From a virus (lineage: Duplodnaviria > Caudoviricetes): a DNA stretch of 64,000 nucleotides. Made by a program: the position numbers and the translations under genes. Shown here piece by piece: positions 23,936 to 32,638 of the stretch. The DNA lies in IMG/VR virus record IMGVR_UViG_2862830631_000005, positions 14,672 through 78,671 of that record; one strand, written 5' to 3'. Under the pieces are notes generated by a model. It saw only the letters and a program-made list of their open reading frames with translations, did not search any database and was not told where the DNA came from. How positions within the stretch are numbered: position 1 is the stretch's first letter; each line of letters starts with the position of its first letter.

Positions 23936-24110
23936 AGAGGATGCCGGCGAGCATTCCGACGAAGAACAGGATCACCACTGATACCCCGAACGCGGCAAGC
24001 GTGGGTGCAGCGACAAGCCACCACGACCACGCCGCGATAGGGTCCACCCCGGCCAGCTTGAGGATGGTGAGGACAATACTGGCGATGATGCCCAGTCCGG
24101 TGATGTTCAC
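23928..24110 (-). CDS. small two-TM membrane protein
   Basis: LTILKLAGV..IAAWSWWLVAAP, a common phage membrane motif. Confidence 0.75.
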   Translation of the reverse strand: MNITGLGIIASIVLTILKLAGVDPIAAWSWWLVAAPTLAAFGVSVVILFFVGMLAGILFD

Positions 24111-24436
24111 GCGCGGATACCCTTCTGTTGGGCACGGTTGATGGTGCCCTGATCACGGATGGTGTCGGCAAGGATCGCGAGGACGGACTCGCTCGACGCG
24201 TCGCTGCCGTTCGGGATATGTCGGGCTACCGCCTTGTAGGCAGACCACCAGGTGCGCTCTTCATCAACAGCGCCCGCGCGGGGGAGTGCCTTGTCGAGCG
24301 CCTGGAGGAAGGAGAGCTTCTCCTCAACCATCAACCTCTTGGCGATGTTGAGGGCAGCTAGTAGCCCATCCGGGTCGCTCGTGATAACACCGTTGTGGCG
24401 CTTAGCTACTCGCCTCAGTGTTGCCGGATAACCCAT
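24107..24436 (-). CDS. hypothetical protein
   Basis: First ORF of the leftward operon. Confidence 0.6.
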   Translation of the reverse strand: MGYPATLRRVAKRHNGVITSDPDGLLAALNIAKRLMVEEKLSFLQALDKALPRAGAVDEERTWWSAYKAVARHIPNGSDASSESVLAILADTIRDQGTINRAQQKGIRA

Positions 24437-24839
24437 GTACCACATTCTTAGAGGGCACATCGGGTGGTGTGAAACAGGTGGGAGCGCCCCGGGTCACGAC
24501 TCCCGGGGCGGCGCGCCTGCGCACCTGACCTTCAGCGGGGAAGGGAGTTCGCCGCGTCGTCAGGCCCCTCGGTAAGTGTAAGGGGTGCCCATCGTAGTTG
24601 TTGACACCCGTCACCGACGGAAAACTGAGAGTTCCCTGTGAGAATATGACAGCGGGGGCGTAAATGTCCAGTTCGTGGACGTGTACCTGTTTCACACCCC
24701 ACGAGTCTCAAGGTAGCGTCCTCGCGCAGAGAGGATTGGCGAGGCAACGAGCACCTAGCGAAGCCCTAGCCTTCGGGATCGAAGGCGTCTACGGGAGCGG
24801 GTCGGCTGGTACGAGCGCCTGAAACGAAACGTAGCTCAT

Positions 24840-24945
24840 ACCAACAATCCCAACAGTACTTGTTTCTACTTCGAAAATACTTATATCCCAAGATATCCCG
24901 TTACTTACGTAACCAACCTACGTAACGCGCGCGCGCGAGACAGCG
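24840..24945. other. AT-rich intergenic element, candidate replication origin
   Basis: Repeated TACTT, ATATCCC x2, TACGTAAC x2 and a GC-dinucleotide run between divergent operons. Confidence 0.35.
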
Positions 24946-24986
24946 ACCTGTTTCACGCAAAAAAATCCCTGCAAAACTCACTTCCC

Positions 24987-25388
24987 GTGAGCAAAATTGT
25001 GACCACCGAGAGAAAGCCAGCAGTCGCGGCCGTGCCCGCTACCAAGACGCTGATCCTGGAGGAGGGACGCATCACCTTCACCGAGTCGGAAGACGGTCGG
25101 AGGTGGGACGGCGTGGTAGGCACGCCAGTGACCTTCCACACCGAGGATGCGTTGAACCTGTTCCTCGCGGCTCTCGCCAAGATCGCTGACACGTCGTCCC
25201 CAAAGATCGTCAGAAACAGCGAGGAGCTGGCCGAACAGCCGGAGGGGATTCGCTGGAAGTCCAGCTACAACGGTGGGACGTACACCGTCAAAGACGGTGC
25301 AGTCCGTTACGCACCGACGTGGGAAGCTAGCGCGTCGGCACCGGTTAAGTGCGTGACGCCGAAGGCATTCCCGCTGGTGCGTGCCTGA
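24987..25388 (+). CDS. hypothetical protein
   Basis: First ORF of the plus-strand island. Confidence 0.7.
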   Translation: MSKIVTTERKPAVAAVPATKTLILEEGRITFTESEDGRRWDGVVGTPVTFHTEDALNLFLAALAKIADTSSPKIVRNSEELAEQPEGIRWKSSYNGGTYTVKDGAVRYAPTWEASASAPVKCVTPKAFPLVRA

Positions 25389-26191
25389 TGGGAAAGCACA
25401 ACACGCAGTGGCATGCCGAAATCGCCAAAAGCAACATCATCCTCCTCACCGAAGTTGGATCCGGACTACACGGAGTCACCATCTCCGGGACCGATGACCA
25501 CGACGAGATGGGTGTGTGCATCACCCCACCAGAGTGCGTCATCGGCACGCAGAAGTTCGAGCAGTACCAGGACCGCTGGCACCTCGATGGTCTGCGCATC
25601 GCCGAGGGACAGAGATCCGGCCCGGGTGACACAGACCACGTCACCTACTCCCTGCAGAAGTACGCGCGACTGGCCGCGGACGGCAACCCGACCGTACTGA
25701 TGCCTCTCTTCGCGCCGCGGGAGAAGACCTACGTCGAGACCGAACTCGGCGCAGAGTTGCGGGCGAATCGCGACCTGTTCCTCAGCAAGCAAGCCGGCGC
25801 GCGATTCCTCGGATACCTTGTCGCACAGCGTGAACGGGCACAGGGCCTCCGCGGCAAGAAGCACACCAACCGCCGCGAGCTGGTCGAGAAGTTCGGCTAC
25901 GACACCAAAATGATGTACCACGCCATCCGGCTGGCCATCCAGGGAACACAACTGATGGACATCGGAGTGGTGGTTCTTCCGATGATGAAGACTCACCGAG
26001 AGCTCCTACTGCGCGTCCGCGAAGGTGCCTTCTCACTGGAGCATGCACTCGACATCCTCGCGGCCCTCACGGACGACCTACGCGAGGCCATCGCGTACAG
26101 CACGCTACCGGACAAGCCCAACACCGATGAGCTCGATGACTTCCTCATCGGCATGCACAACCGTCACTGGACATCGAAAGGAATGCTATGA
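25388..26191 (+). CDS. nucleotidyltransferase (pol-beta superfamily, YcgL/RlaP-like)
   Basis: VGSGLHG...DDHDEMG; GNPT; GYDTKMMYHAIRL; LPDKP. Confidence 0.88.
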   Translation: MGKHNTQWHAEIAKSNIILLTEVGSGLHGVTISGTDDHDEMGVCITPPECVIGTQKFEQYQDRWHLDGLRIAEGQRSGPGDTDHVTYSLQKYARLAADGNPTVLMPLFAPREKTYVETELGAELRANRDLFLSKQAGARFLGYLVAQRERAQGLRGKKHTNRRELVEKFGYDTKMMYHAIRLAIQGTQLMDIGVVVLPMMKTHRELLLRVREGAFSLEHALDILAALTDDLREAIAYSTLPDKPNTDELDDFLIGMHNRHWTSKGML

Positions 26192-26502
26192 GCTCCAAGC
26201 TGAACCCCACCCCAGGTCTGCATCAGGTCGTCCCGAACGTCGACCCAGAGCTGGCTGTGAAGATCACCGGACGCAACGCCGGGGCGATCACATACCTGCT
26301 GTCCCTCACCGCGGAGAAGCTCGGGATGGGTGTGGACGTTACCTTCAGCTTCGCATCCGACGGCTCACTACAGGAGGTCGTCACCACCAACGAAACAGGG
26401 TGGACCGCGGTTGCGCGCCAGGGTGAGTACGTCGTCACCAACGAAGAGGGCGCAGCGTTCATCACCCAGGCTGAGTACGAGTCGGAATTGCGCGCACTGT
26501 GA
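26188..26502 (+). CDS. hypothetical protein
   Basis: Coupled ORF; ARQGEYVV resembles the HPGDWIV motif of its neighbour. Confidence 0.65.
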   Translation: MSSKLNPTPGLHQVVPNVDPELAVKITGRNAGAITYLLSLTAEKLGMGVDVTFSFASDGSLQEVVTTNETGWTAVARQGEYVVTNEEGAAFITQAEYESELRAL

Positions 26503-26771
26503 GCGGATTCCAAACCTACACCCACAACCCAACAGAGGTTGACGCGCTGCAGGTGGCGAAGCCGTGGAACAAGATCAAGGTCCACGTCCCGTTCGCACAC
26601 CCGGTCTACCAGGCGAACGGCCGCACCATCGAGTACTTCAAGATCTCAACCCCAGGTGAGCTGACGGTGAAGAAGGCCCATCCTGGCGACTGGATCGTGA
26701 AGTACCCCACTGGGTGCGTCTCGGTGCTCACCGATGAGCAGTTCCAGCGCTACTACGGCGAGGGGGAGTGA
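26499..26771 (+). CDS. PGDYG-like phage protein
   Basis: EVDALQ...AHPGDWIVK...EQFQRYY. Confidence 0.7.
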   Translation: MSGFQTYTHNPTEVDALQVAKPWNKIKVHVPFAHPVYQANGRTIEYFKISTPGELTVKKAHPGDWIVKYPTGCVSVLTDEQFQRYYGEGE

Positions 26772-27016
26772 TGCGCAGTAACGGCGCGCTCGTCTACGTG
26801 GGGATCATTGTGTGGCTGGTCGTCATCGTTGCGACTGCTATCGCACTGGCCGGCTGTCAGCCGGCCGAATCACCCAACCATGATGTCGGCACCTACGAAC
26901 CATCCGACCCGGGTGGGTTTGTGGTCACACCCCGCGGAGGGGTTGGCATCGACCTTGGTGGTGGTGTGTATATCGACCCTGCTACCGGCGGGGTCGGAGT
27001 CGGGATCCCGTTCTGA
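26768..27016 (+). CDS. putative lipoprotein
   Basis: Hydrophobic signal with LAGC lipobox; Gly-rich C-terminus. Confidence 0.7.
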   Translation: MMRSNGALVYVGIIVWLVVIVATAIALAGCQPAESPNHDVGTYEPSDPGGFVVTPRGGVGIDLGGGVYIDPATGGVGVGIPF

Positions 27017-27657
27017 TGAGCCAGCCAGACATCCTGAAGTACATCAGATTCGCTGAAGAGAATCTGGAGGAGGTTGTTCTCCCGAACTCCTACGGCGACT
27101 TCCACGCCAAGGGGTTGGACTACCTGTGCCTCTACCGGTCTCCGGGATACACCGTGAAAGTGTACCTCTTCCCTGATGGGATGGAGAATCAGGAGTATGG
27201 CGAGGTAGTGAATCCGCACGACCACCGATACGACTTCCACACGCGATGCCTATCCGGTGTGATCGAGAACCAGTGGTACCGGATCCCTCCCTGCTGGGAT
27301 GGTGAATCCGAGGGTGACGAGTGCGGACAGATGTACAACGTATTCGCTTGGGACACACCACTGCTGGGTGGCGATGGCTTCCGTTACATGGATCGCGTCC
27401 CGCTTCAGCGAAACGAGGTTCGGCAGTTCCCGAAGGGGCAGACATACTACATGTCCGCCGAGGAATACCACACGATCCGCGTTGTCGAACCAGAGACGGC
27501 GATACTTCTGGTTCAGTACGAGGATGTCATCCCAGTTGGTTTGCCGACACTGACGTTCACACAGTCCGACAAGGCCCCATCGATCGACGGGCTCTACAGC
27601 GGGTTCACCGCAGACCAGGCGCTCGACAAGCTGCAACTTCTGAAGGATCTCCTATGA
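27016..27657 (+). CDS. cupin-fold hypothetical protein
   Basis: FHAKGLDYLCL; NPHDHRYDF; EYHTI. Confidence 0.7.
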   Translation: MSQPDILKYIRFAEENLEEVVLPNSYGDFHAKGLDYLCLYRSPGYTVKVYLFPDGMENQEYGEVVNPHDHRYDFHTRCLSGVIENQWYRIPPCWDGESEGDECGQMYNVFAWDTPLLGGDGFRYMDRVPLQRNEVRQFPKGQTYYMSAEEYHTIRVVEPETAILLVQYEDVIPVGLPTLTFTQSDKAPSIDGLYSGFTADQALDKLQLLKDLL

Positions 27658-27965
27658 AGAGCATGAAAGACCTCACCTCCGAGCTCGCTGCCGCTGAGAA
27701 GGTCGTGGAGAACATCAAGCTGGAGATCGAGAACTTCGATGACTACCCGCTGGGCACTGTCTTGAAGCGTACGGACGACCGTCTCTTTGGGACGTTCGTG
27801 TACGCAATCAAGATGGCGAGCATCAACAGCGCGCACCTGGAGAAGTCCCATGTGCCAGTTTGGCGGGTTATCTACGATGACTTCTCCGGATTCAGCGATA
27901 CTCTTCCGGGCCTGAAGAGCGAAGGAACCTGGAAGGTGGCCTACATGCCCGAGGGGACGTGGTGA
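27654..27965 (+). CDS. hypothetical protein
   Basis: AAGGA RBS; ATGA coupling. Confidence 0.65.
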   Translation: MKSMKDLTSELAAAEKVVENIKLEIENFDDYPLGTVLKRTDDRLFGTFVYAIKMASINSAHLEKSHVPVWRVIYDDFSGFSDTLPGLKSEGTWKVAYMPEGTW

Positions 27966-28175
27966 TTCTCGGAATGACAGGGACGAGGAATCCCCTGACG
28001 AGACAGCAGCTGAAGTGGCTGGATGTGAATGCATGAGTGGGAGGCGTTGGGCTGAGGGGGATTCAGCAAGCCAGGCGCAGGGACACCTCTACACCCTGTC
28101 CGACGCCGATATTGACGGTGACAGTGGAGACCAGCTCGTCGGTAGCCTGGAAGTTGACGCAGGCTCCAGATAGGG

Positions 28176-28222
28176 CACAAAAACAAACCCCCCAACCCAT
28201 CACAGCGGGTTGGGGGGTTTCG
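28176..28222. terminator. bidirectional terminator
   Basis: AAACCCCCCAACCC-atcacagc-GGGTTGGGGGGTTT between convergent operons. Confidence 0.85.
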
Positions 28223-28238
28223 TCTGTCTCCGTGGCTC

Positions 28239-28490
28239 TCAGGCGGCCACAGGCACAGCCTGAGTGAGCTCACGAATCTTGTCGATACGGAAGTCTCCCC
28301 ACCAGTCATCGGTCTCGGCGACATGCACCACAGGGGCCACCTCGAAGCCGCGCGCCTTCAACGCTGCAGCAGCCTCGTGATCCTGGTCGATCCGCACCTC
28401 CGTGAACATCACACCCCCCCGGGTCAACTGGCTCTTCGTGAGGTTGCACTTGTGGCAGTTCGGGCCAGTTGTGAACACAGTGACGGTCAT
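28239..28490 (-). CDS. nrdH: NrdH-like glutaredoxin
   Basis: CHKC active site; APVV; WGDFRIDKI. Confidence 0.88.
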   Translation of the reverse strand: MTVTVFTTGPNCHKCNLTKSQLTRGGVMFTEVRIDQDHEAAAALKARGFEVAPVVHVAETDDWWGDFRIDKIRELTQAVPVAA

Positions 28491-29509
28491 CGGATCCCTT
28501 CAGCGACCGACCGCAAGAAACGCACCGCGGGGTCGAGGTTGTAGTTACAGTGAGGTGCCGTGGCGAACGGCTGAGTAGTGATGAACTGACCGCCCAAGAT
28601 GATCGCGTAGAACATCGCCGGGATCTCCACCACCGGCCGGCGCAGAATCTCACCGATCTGCTCCAACAGCGAATCGGTGCCGACCCATAGTCCGTCGAGA
28701 TTCTGCACCACCTTGTAGATGGCCGTCATCATCTCACCGGCATTGGAATCCGGTGTGTCAGTGTAGATGTCGCGGCCGAATCCACTGTTCGCGCCGTGAG
28801 CGAAGTCGAACCACCAATCAGGAGTATCGACTAGCAGATCATCCGAAATGCCCTGACCATCAGGGATCGGAACACCCTCATACAGGTTACCATTCGCGAC
28901 GCCAAGTTCGCGCATAGGATTACCGAGCGTTACCGCGGCGATCACATCGCCGAGTCGGTCGTGCAGCTCGCCACCCTCGGCGAGGATGTCGTACTTCCAC
29001 ACCAACGAGATGACGATCGCTCCCTGGCTGTACCCGATCAGCGCAAACTTGCCCTTGCGGAGCTTGATCTGCTTGATAAGCTCGCGCCGGCCCTTCTGCA
29101 CCGAAGGGCCCATAGGGAAGGCGTCGGCCGGGTAGTTGCCGATCGGCTGCCACTCCCATAGGTCCAGCAGCTGCCTTGCGATGTCGGCGGGATACCCGGG
29201 GCCCACCGGGTCACGCTGTCCCGTCCCGTGGACAGTGAACAGAACCGGCTTCGCGCGTTCGATCAGACCCAACGCGACCTGTGTGGCCCAGTCCAGAACG
29301 CCATCGGTGCGCAGATCGGTCCCGTACTGAATGTTGTACCGAACCTGGAACTGCTTAAGCACCTGGACGAATGTGACCGTTGCCAGGTCTCCGTCAGGGC
29401 CGTACGGGTCTTCGAGGATCTTCCCGTACGAGTACTTGGCCTTCAGCTTGCGCTTCGCCTCACGCACGGGCTCGCCGCGCATGCCGAGCTCCCACCCAAT
29501 CCAAGCCAT
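28487..29509 (-). CDS. lysB: lysin B (mycolylarabinogalactan esterase)
   Basis: N-terminal PG-binding region; GYSQGA; GNPMR. Confidence 0.92.
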   Translation of the reverse strand: MAWIGWELGMRGEPVREAKRKLKAKYSYGKILEDPYGPDGDLATVTFVQVLKQFQVRYNIQYGTDLRTDGVLDWATQVALGLIERAKPVLFTVHGTGQRDPVGPGYPADIARQLLDLWEWQPIGNYPADAFPMGPSVQKGRRELIKQIKLRKGKFALIGYSQGAIVISLVWKYDILAEGGELHDRLGDVIAAVTLGNPMRELGVANGNLYEGVPIPDGQGISDDLLVDTPDWWFDFAHGANSGFGRDIYTDTPDSNAGEMMTAIYKVVQNLDGLWVGTDSLLEQIGEILRRPVVEIPAMFYAIILGGQFITTQPFATAPHCNYNLDPAVRFLRSVAEGIR

Positions 29510-29530
29510 GGGTTACCTTCTTTCGTGCAG

Positions 29531-29565
29531 AACAAACAAGCCCCTCCGCGAAACACGCAGGGGCC
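29531..29565 (-). terminator. possible terminator between holin and lysB
   Basis: GCCCCTGCG/CGCGGAGGGGC followed by TTGTTTGTT. Confidence 0.45.
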
Positions 29566-29580
29566 GTTCGTTGTTAGGTG

Positions 29581-29889
29581 TCAGTCCTTGTAGGACGCGA
29601 TTAGGCGTTCAACCACATCTGGGTTCCGCGCCGCAGCGACAGCCGCCTCCGTAGCGATCTCCGGGTTGTTATCGATGGCGTTGAGAACCTGGTCCACGGT
29701 CGCCTCGTTGCGGACAAACCACGTCGCAGCACCAACCACGGCTGAGACACCGACAGCGATGGCGTGAATCCACGGCATGTCGCTGGAAGCGTCGATAGCC
29801 GCACCCAGTCCCTCCATGCCGGCGAACGACACAGAGAACGCCGCAACGGCCTTCTTAACCTCGCGGACGCGAGTCATGAACGTAGTCAC
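29581..29889 (-). CDS. holin
   Basis: Two hydrophobic segments ending ATWFVRN; between lysA and lysB. Confidence 0.75.
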   Translation of the reverse strand: MTTFMTRVREVKKAVAAFSVSFAGMEGLGAAIDASSDMPWIHAIAVGVSAVVGAATWFVRNEATVDQVLNAIDNNPEIATEAAVAAARNPDVVERLIASYKD

Positions 29890-31259
29890 GCAACCTCCCC
29901 TTCATATGCCTCGAGCACCTCATCCGGGATGGCGTCAAGGTCGCGACGTGCGCGAGCCATCACCGTTGGGTTGTCGCCGTACTTTCCGTCGCCGTGAGCT
30001 GCGCGGCGAATGCGGTCGATCGCATCGGCATCCCCGTCCTCGGCGTCCTCCTTGACGGTCGCGCGGTGCCGCATGCCGTCAACGTTCAGCAGCATGCCGA
30101 CCAGCGTGTCGACAGGCCCCTCACCAGGTGTCGCGTACATCGAACGCGACTCCCACTTGGCGGTCAGCTCGAAATGCACGCGCTTCAGCAGCTCACGATC
30201 AGCGTCAGTGAACATGTCGTCCTCTTCTGTTGCACCCGCATAGAACATCTGCAGGTAGGTGTTAAATAGGTCCCATGGGAATCCAGCACCAACATCGGTG
30301 TGGTTGGTGAACCCCAACCCGACATTGATTCCGTAGTGGTCGGTGACACCGCTGCTGGAACGTAGGCTCTGGTATCCGCTCGCGCTCTTGCCAACGCGCA
30401 CAATCGGATCGATGCCGTACTTGTGGCAGTCCTGGGCGGCGAGGAACGCGGCGATCTTGATGCCGGTCCCCATGTTGTCGATCCACTGCTGGCGCGTCCA
30501 CGACGCATACGACGGTGTGAACACCAGGTTGATCGTGACGTTGTTGCCGCCACCGACAGACCACGCGGCGCGATCGGTGTCAACGAGATCCCAGGCAACA
30601 CCATCGTTTCCGACTAGATAGTGGTACGAGCGGTCGCCCATACCGTCCATCCAGCGGTCCAAGTCGAGGCCAGTCATGTTGCCCTCCTCGGTGTGGAGGA
30701 CGAACAGGCGCGGCTTCAGGCCACCGCGGGATTGCGATCCGCTTCCGTCGATGATGTTGTGCTCCGTGAAGAACGCTGACGGCGCAGAAGGTGTGCCGCC
30801 AGACACGACCCTGTTGTACAGCGCGACAGCCTCGCCCCACGCCTCGTCGTAGCGGTGCTTGAATTCCTCGGCGCAGTTCTGAACGTCGTAGACCCACATG
30901 CCAGGAGTACGGGAATCGTCGTCATAGGGACGCTTCAGGAGTTCATCGAAGAACATCCGCGTCGACTCAACGACATCCATCCTCTTGGAGGCGCCTTCAT
31001 AACCAGTGCCACCCCACCACGGAGGCTGCTGCTGGTACGGTCCAGAGGACAACCCATCGGATCCAATCTTGTCGTACGGAAACGCAAGAGTGTCAGGATC
31101 CTTCGCATTCGCATACATCACGAAGTTGCACTCAACCTTGACGCACGCGACCGCCATCTTCTGGCCGATGGGCTTCACACCCATCTCGTTTCCCACCTTG
31201 ATGATGGTGGACACATACTGCTCAGGGGTCAGGTATGGCCCAGGGGTAACCAATGGCAT
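29886..31259 (-). CDS. lysA: lysin A (N-terminal catalytic domain + amidase)
   Basis: SSGPYQQQPPWWG; VLHTEEG, SYHY, HTDVGAGFPWD. Confidence 0.92.
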   Translation of the reverse strand: MPLVTPGPYLTPEQYVSTIIKVGNEMGVKPIGQKMAVACVKVECNFVMYANAKDPDTLAFPYDKIGSDGLSSGPYQQQPPWWGGTGYEGASKRMDVVESTRMFFDELLKRPYDDDSRTPGMWVYDVQNCAEEFKHRYDEAWGEAVALYNRVVSGGTPSAPSAFFTEHNIIDGSGSQSRGGLKPRLFVLHTEEGNMTGLDLDRWMDGMGDRSYHYLVGNDGVAWDLVDTDRAAWSVGGGNNVTINLVFTPSYASWTRQQWIDNMGTGIKIAAFLAAQDCHKYGIDPIVRVGKSASGYQSLRSSSGVTDHYGINVGLGFTNHTDVGAGFPWDLFNTYLQMFYAGATEEDDMFTDADRELLKRVHFELTAKWESRSMYATPGEGPVDTLVGMLLNVDGMRHRATVKEDAEDGDADAIDRIRRAAHGDGKYGDNPTVMARARRDLDAIPDEVLEAYEGEVA

Positions 31260-31267
31260 GGCAGTCC

Positions 31268-32239
31268 TTACGGTGTGTCGCCGATAATCCAGTCCGACAC
31301 CTGGATTCCGGCAGCTGCGAGATCTGAGCGGAAGCCGAACCCGACATGCTGCTCACCCTCTCCGTGATCGATCAATCCGGTGTTGTCGGTCCACGTGACG
31401 ATCGGAGTTAGACTTGTCCCCTTGTAGAGGCTGTAGGTGTCGGTAAGAGGGTTGTAGACACCCGTGTAGTTCGTGTTGTTCGAGGTGTCACCCTCGACCT
31501 CGGCGCGGATCGAAAACTCAGTCGGACCAGTTCCGGTGATGATGCCGATGCGGTCGTTGTCCCACGACCCCAATCCCCACACCTGCTTGTGATAGAAGCC
31601 AACCCAGTTGGTCATGTCGTAGTTCGAACACACAACAGCCCAGGCGTAGCCGTTCGAGTTCGCACCGCCACGAATCGTGTTGTACGTCAAGCGAACAGCG
31701 TCGGACTTTAGTGGTGCGAAGTAGAGCATCGCCACGTCCTTGTAGAACGCGCCGGCTGCAACGCCATTCGGAAGTGAACGACCGGAGTTGTCGTACACCG
31801 TTGGTGTGCCATCCATGATCCGCCAAGCTGGGTCATGAACTGGACCAACGTTCGCGAACGAGTAGCGGTACTGCACGCCCTCGAACTCGGTGCTGTTCGC
31901 TGGGGCGTCCGGGAACGGTGCCTCATTGCGGATCACAATGCCCTGAACGCGCAGCGTCACCTCGCCGCCGTACTCAGTTGACAGAGTCCACGTCGCACCG
32001 CGGGGGAGCTTGTCGGTCACCTCGGCCGGCTCATAGAACGAGATCTCACCGCCATTGACGACGCCGCTGAACACGCCAAGTGTCTGACCGTAAGAGTTGC
32101 TCACAGTCAGGTAAGCGGTTGTGCTGTAGGGGAAAGTCTTACCGCGACCAAGAGAGTAGACGTAGCGCAGCGGGTTCCCGCGGCTCAGCTCAAGCGAGCG
32201 GTTACTCTCGACACGGACCTGGGGACGCCAAACGCCCAT
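31268..32239 (-). CDS. minor tail protein
   Basis: Position at the end of the tail module; beta-rich. Confidence 0.65.
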   Translation of the reverse strand: MGVWRPQVRVESNRSLELSRGNPLRYVYSLGRGKTFPYSTTAYLTVSNSYGQTLGVFSGVVNGGEISFYEPAEVTDKLPRGATWTLSTEYGGEVTLRVQGIVIRNEAPFPDAPANSTEFEGVQYRYSFANVGPVHDPAWRIMDGTPTVYDNSGRSLPNGVAAGAFYKDVAMLYFAPLKSDAVRLTYNTIRGGANSNGYAWAVVCSNYDMTNWVGFYHKQVWGLGSWDNDRIGIITGTGPTEFSIRAEVEGDTSNNTNYTGVYNPLTDTYSLYKGTSLTPIVTWTDNTGLIDHGEGEQHVGFGFRSDLAAAGIQVSDWIIGDTP

Positions 32240-32266
32240 TAAGTCCTCACCTTCATTTTATCACGC

Positions 32267-32632
32267 TTAAGTAGCGCGCTTAACCTTGTTGATGCGCTGG
32301 CGAAGGGCGAGACGCTCGTCATCCGTCAGCCCAGTGATCTTCGGGAAGTAGTCATCCAAGGTGTCCGTCAAGCCAGTCACGGCGTCGACCACCTTGTCCA
32401 TACGCTCCCGCAACTCGTTATTCTCATTGCGCACTTCCTCACGGAAAGCGGCAGACAACTTCTGCAGTGTCTGGACCTCATCGAGCTCGTGCTGCTCGCG
32501 GGCCGCCTCCTCCTCCCGATGACGCTTCTTCCACCCAAACAGGGTGTCCCACACAGCCTTCAGCGCTCCACCACTGAGGAATGCGGAAAGTACACCGATA
32601 AGAGCGACGGCCAAATTGATGTCAATAGTCAC
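32267..32632 (-). CDS. membrane protein with coiled coil
   Basis: N-terminal TM segment followed by a coiled coil. Confidence 0.7.
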   Translation of the reverse strand: MTIDINLAVALIGVLSAFLSGGALKAVWDTLFGWKKRHREEEAAREQHELDEVQTLQKLSAAFREEVRNENNELRERMDKVVDAVTGLTDTLDDYFPKITGLTDDERLALRQRINKVKRAT

Positions 32633-32638
32633 GGATAA

